A stretch of DNA of 64,000 nt, taken from Thermoplasmatales archaeon (GTDB lineage: Archaea; Thermoplasmatota; Thermoplasmata; Thermoplasmatales; Thermoplasmataceae). Every line of letters begins with the position of its first letter. Position 1 is the stretch's first letter. The stretch lies in the NCBI GenBank assembly GCA_027310185.1, contig DAIDBH010000017.1, positions 64,001 through 128,000 on the forward strand. Reading direction: 5' to 3'. This document shows, piece by piece, positions 10,325-18,973 of the stretch. The position numbers and the translations under genes were made by a program. The notes under the pieces are model-generated. The model was given only the letters and a program-made list of their open reading frames with translations. It made no database searches and was not told the DNA's origin.

Positions 10325-11443
10325 TCACTTTCCTGAAATTCTCACAATTTCTTCGGTAGTAAATCCAAGACTTGAAAGCACGTCCTCTGTATCCTCACCC
10401 AGTTCGGGCACATGTTCTTCTTTCTTTGTAGAAACTGGTGTGGCCGGTAGAAAAATATTCCTCCCCTTGAAGCTGACATTATTCATTCCGTTTAATGCAT
10501 CCTCATCATTAAGAAGATCCCAGGGCTTCCTCAGGAAAGAATAAACTATCTGATGTCTGTCCAGTAAGTTGGAGAGTTGGCCAGATTCATATTTCGAGAT
10601 TATCCCTGCAAGATAGGGTATCAGCGTTTCCCTGTTTTCGTATCTGTTCCTATTGGTAGCATATTTATTAGAAAAATCTTCTCCAATGCCAAACACATTG
10701 CAAAATTTCTTCCACTGCTCATCGGTGGTAACAGCGATGAATATTTTCCTTTTATCCGAGGTCAGGAAGAAATCATAAATTCCCCATGCAAACCCTGCTT
10801 CATTGATTGGCAATAATTCCTTCTGATTGATCTGGTATGTTGATATATGCTGACCTATCATGAACATGGCATTTGAAAACAGTGAGGAGTCTATGCTCTT
10901 ACCCTTTCCTGTTCTTTCTCTTTCAAGAATAGCGTCGTATATTCCTATCACTGCCATTGATGCTGAAAACATATCCACCAGTGAGGCCCCAACTCTCATT
11001 GGCCTTTCCTTCAGGCCATTCATGTAGGCTATTCCAGAATCTATCTCTATGGGGTAGTCTAGTGACCTTCTTCCCTCTTTTTTTCCCTTCCCATATCCCC
11101 TGATTGAGACATATATCAATCCAGGATTCGTAATCTTAAGGGTTTCATAATCAAGATTCAATCCCTTGAGAAAATCACTGCTGAAATTATCGATTACTAT
11201 GTCTGCACTGTTTATCAGTCTCTTCAGGGATTCCTTTCCATCCGGAACCTTTGTGTTTATGACAACGCTTTTCTTGTTCCTGTTATAGTAAGCAAATGAA
11301 CCTGCACTCTCCCCTGTAAGATTTCTTGCAATGTCTCCAACACCTGGTCGTTCCACCTTAATCACTTCAAAACCCATTTCAGACAGTATTAACCCGGCAG
11401 TTGGGCCAGCCACTATGTGTCCAAGTTCTACTACTCTGTACAT
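10325..11443 (-). CDS. Family III CoA-transferase (CaiB/BaiF)
   Basis: VVELGHIVAGP, VIKVERP, NRNKKSV, SIRGYG, catalytic-region SLVD and PELGEDT motifs. Confidence 0.93.
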   Translation of the reverse strand: MYRVVELGHIVAGPTAGLILSEMGFEVIKVERPGVGDIARNLTGESAGSFAYYNRNKKSVVINTKVPDGKESLKRLINSADIVIDNFSSDFLKGLNLDYETLKITNPGLIYVSIRGYGKGKKEGRRSLDYPIEIDSGIAYMNGLKERPMRVGASLVDMFSASMAVIGIYDAILERERTGKGKSIDSSLFSNAMFMIGQHISTYQINQKELLPINEAGFAWGIYDFFLTSDKRKIFIAVTTDEQWKKFCNVFGIGEDFSNKYATNRNRYENRETLIPYLAGIISKYESGQLSNLLDRHQIVYSFLRKPWDLLNDEDALNGMNNVSFKGRNIFLPATPVSTKKEEHVPELGEDTEDVLSSLGFTTEEIVRISGK

Positions 11444-12474
11444 AGCTCATCAGCCTCCTTTATGATCTCATCCACTCCTATTACCCTCCCCTCACTGGCC
11501 GATATATCTTTTACCTTCTTCATTAGCGTGGATAGTTCTTCCCTGTTCAGATTTATATTCCTCCCTTCTAGAATCTTTTTTAGCATTGATTTTCCAGTAT
11601 AAACATTAACAGAAAAGTCCTCACCTTCAAACACGTCTGAAAAGGCCGCGTGTGTTCCAGCAGTGTGTATATATGTATTCTTTCCAACGTTTGGAAGATT
11701 CTTCCTGAAAAAGGATTCTCCTGCCTTCTTCAAAACAATTTCCAGAAACTCCTTTGTCAAGTTATCAATCCGGTCTATCTGCAATTCGCTGTCCATGCCA
11801 GTTTCCTTCAGGTATCTTGCAATGATTCCTGTGTCCGTGATTCCATTCCTCTCACCAAGACCCAAAAAAGTGGTATCTATTATATCAGCACCTGCCTCGA
11901 TACCGGCTATGGCATTGCTCACAGATAATCCATGATCGTTGTGGCAGTGAATTTCTATCTTTGCTTCCGAGACCTTTCTTGATTCTCCCACAACATCCCT
12001 GATCATTCCGGGGGTTGCCCTTCCCATGGTATCAGGGAGCTGGATTGTGTCAACGCCTAGTCCAGATAGAGCTTTTACAATTTTCACCAGCTGCTCCGTC
12101 CTGTACTGCGTTATATCTACAATACCAATTTCAACCTTCTTTCCAAGAGAAACTGCATATTTCACATTGCTGTATATTTCATCAAGAGAATCATACTTGA
12201 AAGGGAAATGGAGAGAAATGTTTGCTCCTGTTGAATCTATAAGATCAATATCTCCCCTTATGGCCCTTCCCAATCCAAAAACTTCGTGAAAGTATCCGCT
12301 CCTTGTTACTTCAGATGCAATTATAGTCTCGGATTCGTGAGCCGAAGGATAGGAGATCAATATTCTCTTTATCCCACATTCCGATATTTTTTTTGCAAGA
12401 TTCAATTTTTCTTCCACGCTGAAACTTATCCCCGGAGCCTGCATACCCTCCCTTAATGAATCATCAGAAATCAT
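11431..12474 (-). CDS. DRE-TIM metallolyase, homocitrate/isopropylmalate synthase-like, no regulatory domain
   Basis: DDSLREGMQ, LPDTMG, HCHNDHG, GLGERNG and HTAGTH motifs. Confidence 0.85.
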   Translation of the reverse strand: MISDDSLREGMQAPGISFSVEEKLNLAKKISECGIKRILISYPSAHESETIIASEVTRSGYFHEVFGLGRAIRGDIDLIDSTGANISLHFPFKYDSLDEIYSNVKYAVSLGKKVEIGIVDITQYRTEQLVKIVKALSGLGVDTIQLPDTMGRATPGMIRDVVGESRKVSEAKIEIHCHNDHGLSVSNAIAGIEAGADIIDTTFLGLGERNGITDTGIIARYLKETGMDSELQIDRIDNLTKEFLEIVLKKAGESFFRKNLPNVGKNTYIHTAGTHAAFSDVFEGEDFSVNVYTGKSMLKKILEGRNINLNREELSTLMKKVKDISASEGRVIGVDEIIKEADELCTE

Positions 12475-12569
12475 GATTTAATATTCAGGATATTTACTTA
12501 AATTGATACCCTAACACGTTAGAATATATTGAGAAGTAATGAAAAAATAAGAATAAATTTTAAAAATTT

Positions 12570-13937
12570 TTATTTTGCTATGGCTTCAATAAACTTGTTT
12601 GTGCTCTTCGGTCCAAGTAATATTAGTACTACTGAACAGATTATAACGAGTATCCATACAAATGTGAAAATTCCATCTGCGTTATGACCTCCTATGAAGA
12701 AGGCTATGAACAGCACAAGTATTGTGGTTGAGATCCTGCTTATGGAATAAACAAATCCAGAAGCAGTGGTTCTCACCCTTGTTGGGAAAATTTCAGCATT
12801 GTACTGGTGCATGAAGTTCGAGAAGTTCCACAGCATAAATGCAGTGAGGAAACCGAATATTACGGCTTCATCTATTCCGTGAATCACCGCGAAGAATGTA
12901 CCGAAAACGCCTCCCAAAACTGCGAAGAGTATGATTCCCCATTTCCTCTCAATCTTATCGATAATGAATATATTGAATACACTTCCGATAAGAAATCCTG
13001 AGAAAATTACTGCTGCAGCACCTAAAGGATCACTCGTTGGGTATGACACACTTACCAGTCCTGGTGCAAAGACTACAAACCCATAGAATATACCGGACTG
13101 GAAGAACATGAAAATAGCCATCATTATAGTCTGATTTCTCACATCTGGAGCAAAGATTTCCGTGTATTTCGAAACATGTATGGGAGCTTCAATTGTGTCT
13201 GTGACTGGAGGGAGTGCTGTCATTTTTGTTTCCCTCAATACTTCTGCCTCGATTACATCCATTTCTTTCTTTGCTTCATCCATCTTGCCATGAGTGGAAA
13301 GCCATCTTGGTGATTCTTTCAGTCTGAATCTTATTAACCAGACAACTATACCTGATGCTCCCATGAACCATAGTGGAATTCTGAATGAATAATAACCAAG
13401 CCCCGCAGTCAACGCTGTTATGTATATTATAAGCGGTGCTGATGTGACTGCTATGGTATAGATAAGGGCCAGCCAAGCTCCTCTCCTCTTCCTGACAAAG
13501 ATCTCTGTTCCATAACTGTCCACGAGTGGAAATTCTCCACCTACACCTATTCCGCCGATCAACACAAAGACTGCAACGAGTTGCCATGAGTCCATGAAAC
13601 CAGCGATTATCATACCAAGACCGAAAATCAACTGGTTATATAGGAACACAGCCTTTCTTCCTCTGGTATCTGCCAGTCTACCAAAAAATATAGACCCCAA
13701 GAACTCTCCCACAAAGAAGAAAGCGGGTAGAGCATAAGTTGCAAGAACTGAGGTACTTGATATTGCAAAATATGTTGCAACCAATCCAAGTATTGCTCCG
13801 TTTCCAAGCAGCATTAAACTCTCTGCCCACTCTCCACTTGTCAGCATTAGAGCAAATTTCACGTGAAATCTGCTATATGGCAGTCTTTCCAATCTTCCGG
13901 CAATATTATTCTCCGGATTCGAGTCATTTTCTACCAT
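12570..13937 (-). CDS. MFS transporter (aromatic acid/carboxylate:H+ symporter-like)
   Basis: RLERLP, GRLADTRGRK, ESPRWL and EIFPTRVR motifs, about 12 TM helices. Confidence 0.9.
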   Translation of the reverse strand: MVENDSNPENNIAGRLERLPYSRFHVKFALMLTSGEWAESLMLLGNGAILGLVATYFAISSTSVLATYALPAFFFVGEFLGSIFFGRLADTRGRKAVFLYNQLIFGLGMIIAGFMDSWQLVAVFVLIGGIGVGGEFPLVDSYGTEIFVRKRRGAWLALIYTIAVTSAPLIIYITALTAGLGYYSFRIPLWFMGASGIVVWLIRFRLKESPRWLSTHGKMDEAKKEMDVIEAEVLRETKMTALPPVTDTIEAPIHVSKYTEIFAPDVRNQTIMMAIFMFFQSGIFYGFVVFAPGLVSVSYPTSDPLGAAAVIFSGFLIGSVFNIFIIDKIERKWGIILFAVLGGVFGTFFAVIHGIDEAVIFGFLTAFMLWNFSNFMHQYNAEIFPTRVRTTASGFVYSISRISTTILVLFIAFFIGGHNADGIFTFVWILVIICSVVLILLGPKSTNKFIEAIAK

Positions 13938-14237
13938 GGTGGAATAAAACTTCAATTCTATATATATTGAGATTATAACAGGTTAGGGGTAATATTTCTA
14001 GTAATTCTCAAATTAGCTTTAAATATTGTTCAAATTTTATTTTATGTATATTTATTGCATAATTCTGTTGGTACAATGATACATACAAATTAACCAAGAG
14101 TTGAAGGTTCAATGTATTCGAATCATTTAATTCGGTTGGTTTGTAAATTCAGTCTGATTGAACCAAATACTTTTGAATTGATAAATTTATAAGCCATTTT
14201 AGTATTTCCCATAATCTTAGAAAGGAGGATTAATTAA

Positions 14238-14627
14238 ATGGCTGGAGGAAATTCGTTGGCAATCATTGCTGACAGAAAGACTGGAAAAACATACAAGAAA
14301 GAGATTAAACCTGAAAACCTTAGTCTGCTTAATGGAAGGAGAGTTGGAGAAGAGATTGATGGAATATTTTTTGAAATGCCAGGTTACAAGTTGAAGATAA
14401 CTGGTGGTTCATCAATAGATGGGTTCCCTATGAAGCCCGATCTTTTCATACAGGGTAAAAAGAGAATACTTGTCACATATAATAAAGGAAACAGGGGAAA
14501 AAGTGGACTGAGAGAGAGAGTTACATTCAGGGGCGCTATTGTTGGACCTGACATTTCCCAGTTGAATTTTATTGTTACCCAATATGGACCAGATCCACTG
14601 GAGAAGCCTGAGGAAACTAAAGAATGA
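14238..14627 (+). CDS. rps6e: 30S ribosomal protein S6e
   Basis: KITGGS.DGFPM and GLRERVTFRG motifs. AGGAGG SD upstream. Confidence 0.95.
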   Translation: MAGGNSLAIIADRKTGKTYKKEIKPENLSLLNGRRVGEEIDGIFFEMPGYKLKITGGSSIDGFPMKPDLFIQGKKRILVTYNKGNRGKSGLRERVTFRGAIVGPDISQLNFIVTQYGPDPLEKPEETKE

Positions 14628-15850
14628 GCAATCAGTTGCCACAGCCTGTGGTAAATATAGGAATGGTAGGTCACGTCGATCATGGTAAGAGTACCCTAAC
14701 CAAGGCGCTCACCGGGAAGAAGACAGACATACATTCTGAGGAAATAAAGAGAGGAATATCCATAAAATTGGGATATGCAGACACTCCAGTCTATGTCTGT
14801 GAAAATGGAGAAAAGGTTTATTCGAATAAGCCAATGAATGAAAATTGCAAGCTTGAAAGGGTCATTTCATTTGTAGATGCTCCTGGTCACGAGACCCTGA
14901 TGGCGACAATGCTCTCTGGTTCGTCTATTATGGATGGCGCACTTCTTGTAGTAGCAGCCAATGAAAAATGTCCCCAGCCACAAACAAGGGAACATCTTAC
15001 TGCGTTGGAAATAATGGGAATAAAAAATATAATAATTATCCAGAACAAGATTGACCTGGTTACAAGAGAAAGAGCACTGGAGAACTACAGGGAGATTAAA
15101 AGTTTTGTCAGGGGTAGCATTGCAGAAAATGCACCCATAATACCTGTAAGTGCCTATCACAACAAGAATATAGACAAGGTTTTTGAGGCTATTGAGGAAT
15201 ATATTCCAACACCAAAGAAGAGCAAAGAACTGGACCCACTTATGTATGTTGCCAGATCCTTTGATATAAACAAACCTGGACTTGCACCTTCAGAACTGAA
15301 GGGAGGCGTCCTTGGTGGGTCCCTTGTTCAGGGGACACTGAAGATAGGCGATGAAATTGAAATTGCGCCTGGAATACAGCAAACAAAGGGAAACAAGAAT
15401 GTCTGGGAGAATATTTTTTCAGAAGTTTCATCACTCATGGCAGGTTCAAGCTCATACAACGAAATTATACCTGGCGGACTCTCGGCAGTTGGTACATATC
15501 TTGATCCATTTTTGACCAAAAATGATTCCCTGACTGGAAGGATTCTAGGAAAGGCAGGAAAGGTTCCAGCAGTTGCAACTTTCATAGTTGCAGATTCACA
15601 TCTCCTCAACAGAGTGGTTGGTTTCGACGAGGAAATGAAAGTTGAACCAATTAAAACGAGGGAAAGCGTCATGCTTACCTTTGGTACATCAAACACCATA
15701 GGAATGATTTCCAATGCAAGGGAAGATGAGATAGAAATAATGCTCAGATATCCGGTTGCTGTCCAGCAAGGTGAGAGGATATCCATAGGAAGAAGAATAG
15801 CAAACAGGTGGAGACTGATCGGTTACGGCTCAGTCAAGTCTTTTTCATAA
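14624..15850 (+). CDS. eif2g: Translation initiation factor aIF2 gamma
   Basis: GHVDHGKS, RGISIKLGY, DAPGHE, NKID and RWRLIGYG motifs. Confidence 0.97.
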   Translation: MSNQLPQPVVNIGMVGHVDHGKSTLTKALTGKKTDIHSEEIKRGISIKLGYADTPVYVCENGEKVYSNKPMNENCKLERVISFVDAPGHETLMATMLSGSSIMDGALLVVAANEKCPQPQTREHLTALEIMGIKNIIIIQNKIDLVTRERALENYREIKSFVRGSIAENAPIIPVSAYHNKNIDKVFEAIEEYIPTPKKSKELDPLMYVARSFDINKPGLAPSELKGGVLGGSLVQGTLKIGDEIEIAPGIQQTKGNKNVWENIFSEVSSLMAGSSSYNEIIPGGLSAVGTYLDPFLTKNDSLTGRILGKAGKVPAVATFIVADSHLLNRVVGFDEEMKVEPIKTRESVMLTFGTSNTIGMISNAREDEIEIMLRYPVAVQQGERISIGRRIANRWRLIGYGSVKSFS

Positions 15851-16473
15851 TTGCACATCTGCCTGATGAAACATGACTGGCATCTGGGTTTTGCCCTGCA
15901 TATATCCTTGCTGATTTCAACAATTTCTCCATGAAAATTTCTTAAATCATCAATGCCAAGACTTTCTTCTATTTCCCTGCCAAGACGGTAAGCTTCCTTC
16001 ATGCCCGGTCTGATTATACCAATTCTCGAAAATAATCTCTCAGTGTATTTATCCACGACAAATACTTTCCTGTTGAAGGCATATAGCATTATATCCTGCA
16101 TTGTCTCAGTTCCGATTCCGTTCAGGCTCAACAGGAACTCTTTTAGGTCATTATCACTGAGCTTATCCAGCTCCTCTATGCCTCCAAACATCTCTATCGC
16201 GCTGCAGACATCTTTCAGATACCTTGATTTCTGGTTGAAGAAACCTGCAGGTCTGATGTGCTCCCTGATCTCTTCAACATTAAGATTAGAAAGTGCCTTG
16301 ATGCTATCCAGTTCATTTTTTGCAAGACTCCCAAGCGCCAGTCTTACATTGTTCCACGTTGTATTCTGTGTAAGAATTGCACCTATTATTATCTGGTCAC
16401 GTGTTTCGGCTGGCCACCATCCAAGGTCACCATATTTTTCCTTCAGAATTTCATGTAGTTCTGAGTAGTCCAT
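15823..16473 (-). CDS. HhH-GPD DNA glycosylase (endonuclease III-like) with [4Fe-4S] motif
   Basis: WWP, GAILTQNT, LLSLNGIGTET, VVDKY and CRAKPRCQSC...C motifs. Confidence 0.88.
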   Translation of the reverse strand: MDYSELHEILKEKYGDLGWWPAETRDQIIIGAILTQNTTWNNVRLALGSLAKNELDSIKALSNLNVEEIREHIRPAGFFNQKSRYLKDVCSAIEMFGGIEELDKLSDNDLKEFLLSLNGIGTETMQDIMLYAFNRKVFVVDKYTERLFSRIGIIRPGMKEAYRLGREIEESLGIDDLRNFHGEIVEISKDICRAKPRCQSCFIRQMCNYEKDLTEP

Positions 16474-16758
16474 CCATACATGATATATTCATTATAGGTA
16501 AGATTGACTTTTAAAATCATAGATGACCACATATTGATCAAAATATTACATAATTTACGGATTGTTAGCAATTTTCCTTCATTAATATGGAGAATAAACA
16601 GTAAAAATCAATAAAATATGTATTTGTCTTATTTGGTAAGACGAATTATTATTTTTATTAAAATAATACTATATCCCCAATAGGGCAGATTTACTATGTT
16701 TACTAAAAAAGGAATAAAAATATTTTAATACTAGTATGTGTATTAAGTATTGGTAAAA

Positions 16759-17031
16759 ATGGTAGGCATAAGCGAATTGTCGAAGGAGGTTTCTAAAAAA
16801 ACCGGACAGACACAGAAAGTTGCCAGAGAGGTCATTAAGGTCTTTCTGGACGAAGTTGTAGCTGAGGCAAACAGGAAGCAGAAAATAAACCTGGCTGGCT
16901 TTGGAATTTTCGAAAGAAAGACACAGAAGCCAAGGACTGCTAAGAACCCGCAGACAAGAAAGGAAATAAAAGTCCCTCAGAAGGAAAAGTTTGTTTTCAG
17001 GCCTTCAAGCAAAATAAAATACAAGAACTGA
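16759..17031 (+). CDS. HU-family DNA-binding protein (HTa-like)
   Basis: MVGISELSKEVSKK...INLAGFGIF...KNPQT...FRPS. Confidence 0.93.
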   Translation: MVGISELSKEVSKKTGQTQKVAREVIKVFLDEVVAEANRKQKINLAGFGIFERKTQKPRTAKNPQTRKEIKVPQKEKFVFRPSSKIKYKN

Positions 17032-17050
17032 TTACAAATTTTTTTTATTT

Positions 17051-17341
17051 TTAGAGTTTAGAAAATCTTTTTTTCCTTTCTTTGGAATCGAATCCTGTCA
17101 GTTCAAGTAGTAAATTGTTGAATATTTTTATGGAATTCATTGGTTCTTTATAGGCTTCATCTGTTTCCGTTGAAATGAACAGGTTTTTCTTGCCGCACTC
17201 AACGTCCACTTTCTTTAGCCCCGGTAGAGTAAATGTGATAATGTCGCCATCAACTTTTGCGTCTTTTGCAAATTTTCCAATTCTCTCAAGTACCGTATTC
17301 ACATCAGTTTTGTATCCTTTTTTAACTGGGTATTCCCTCAT
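17051..17341 (-). CDS. Conserved archaeal protein (DUF5611-like)
   Basis: MREYPVKKG...FNNLLLELTGFDSKERKK pattern. Coupled to the upstream gene by a 4-bp overlap. Confidence 0.7.
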   Translation of the reverse strand: MREYPVKKGYKTDVNTVLERIGKFAKDAKVDGDIITFTLPGLKKVDVECGKKNLFISTETDEAYKEPMNSIKIFNNLLLELTGFDSKERKKRFSKL

Positions 17342-18375
17342 TTTTCCTTACCTCTTTCCTTCTTTCTTTGCAGATGTCTTGCAAAATTCCTCGCATATAT
17401 TACTTCCATATACTGGGCATCGTGTTCCAGCAATGGAGAACATGAAATAAGCGTGAGATCATCCTGATAGTCCATAAGAACTTCGGACATTGTCTCAAAT
17501 TTCAGATCACCATGCTTGATTGCTGTAAGCTTTGTTTCTGTTGATCCGCTGTAATCAACGCCTGCAAATTCTATATACAGATCGCCTTTTGAGTGTGCCT
17601 TGAACTTGTTGATCACCTCTGTGAAATCCTTCGCCTGTATCAGGCTGCCGTTCGTTCTTGCGTGATAGTGTGGCATATTCAGGATCGGTTCAACAGATGG
17701 TACCTTTTTTGCTATGGAAAACAACTCCTCAGCCGAACCAAATATTTCAGGCTTGCCTGATGTTTCAACACCTATGTACGGGAAACCATGGTCAATGCCC
17801 ATTTCCTTGTCTATTGCTGAATATATCTCAATTGCCCTCTTAAGACTCCCCTTCTTTGACTCGTTGTAGAATCCAGTATGAGTGACTACTCTCTTGGCAT
17901 TCATTGCCTTTCCTATTATAAGTGACCACTTAAGATGATTGATGGATCTCTCAGAGATATCCTCATCATTGGATAATGTCTTTGTTGTGAGCATATCCAT
18001 GTAATATGGACTGTGCAGGGAAAGCAATACATCAAGCTCCTTTGCAAGATCACCTCCCATCTTCAGTTCATCGTAGTTTTTTGCCATGTTCCAGAACAGT
18101 TCTTCCACTATGTCATCTTCCTGAATTACCGTGTCCGTTCCTATGCTTGAATAAATACCTTCCTCGTTCGGTCTCAGGACGTCGATTATTATAGAGTTTT
18201 CGTTATCCTTCGGTAACATACCGGCATATTCTATACCCTGATTTTCTTGAACATTTACCCTGAGAAGCTGCACCTCCAGCGCCTTTAGCCCCAACTTATA
18301 AATTTCTTCAACGGAGTCAACAAATGTTCTTCCCTTGCTGGTAAGTGGTATCCCAGCTATACCATATCTTATCAT
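17338..18375 (-). CDS. Endonuclease IV-like TIM-barrel protein with insertion
   Basis: IRYGIAGIP, LSLHSPYY, VVTHTGFY, ETSGK, HYHAR and SPLLEHDA motifs. Confidence 0.8.
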   Translation of the reverse strand: MIRYGIAGIPLTSKGRTFVDSVEEIYKLGLKALEVQLLRVNVQENQGIEYAGMLPKDNENSIIIDVLRPNEEGIYSSIGTDTVIQEDDIVEELFWNMAKNYDELKMGGDLAKELDVLLSLHSPYYMDMLTTKTLSNDEDISERSINHLKWSLIIGKAMNAKRVVTHTGFYNESKKGSLKRAIEIYSAIDKEMGIDHGFPYIGVETSGKPEIFGSAEELFSIAKKVPSVEPILNMPHYHARTNGSLIQAKDFTEVINKFKAHSKGDLYIEFAGVDYSGSTETKLTAIKHGDLKFETMSEVLMDYQDDLTLISCSPLLEHDAQYMEVIYARNFARHLQRKKERGKEK

Positions 18376-18543
18376 AAACTCTTAGTATATTGAACACACC
18401 AATTTATTAGTTTTTATTTTCCATAAACATAACAGGCCTTAACGGAAAATGAAAATGTGATATTTTCTGTGCGGGCAGAAGTGGATTCAGGATTTTTTGC
18501 AGTTAAATGCCTGATTCAGATTTCGACTTTATGTGTGAATAAG

Positions 18544-18877
18544 GTGACATCTTCTTACTGCCAACGCAGGGGCTTCCTGTTTCAACTACAGTAGTCACCA
18601 TTGCTGTCAGGGTCCCAATCCCAACATGCTTAATTCCTGATTTCCCCCCCCTATACTCCTTAATTCCTTGATTTTCTCCATGTGTTTATTCTCTATTTTT
18701 ATTGCAGTATTGACAAATATCTTCCTCCTGTATTTCAAGACGTAAATGAAATGGCAGCATAATGAATATACAGAATGTGCCGCTTTCACTAGATCGTATG
18801 ACATGGTAAATATAATATTCCATATACTGTGAAGATTTCACTCCCTTTCATTAGAAACGGGATTCCTGCTCGCATGT
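18544..18877 (-). mobile_element. Internally deleted IS200/IS605-family element (non-autonomous remnant)
   Basis: Minus strand has a left-end hairpin TCCCGTTTC-TAAT-GAAAGGGA, a TnpA-like N-terminus, a TnpB-like tail and a right end CAGGAAGCCCCTGC...GATGTCAC. The left boundary is approximate. Confidence 0.8.
18607..18804 (-). pseudogene. tnpA'-'tnpB fusion remnant
   Basis: MSYDLVKAAHSVYSLCCHFIYVLKYRRKIFVN (Y1 transposase N-terminus) runs into VNTAIKIENKHMEKI, a degenerate TnpB RuvC-III NAAINI segment. Confidence 0.75.
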
Positions 18878-18973
18878 ATTAAATATTAACATGCAATCAA
18901 TTCCTAATGGATGTAGATTGGGATAAGTTAAATATTAGCCAAATTCTACCCATAATTAACAAAGGTGTACTTA

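Noticed and set aside
18462-18495. Reverse complement GAATCCACTTCTGCCCGCA resembles a tRNA 3' end or att site
   Set aside because: No TTC T-loop, wrong spacing and no cloverleaf upstream.
18644-18651. Poly-C tract as a phase-variation site
   Set aside because: It lies inside a dead IS remnant, not a functional gene.
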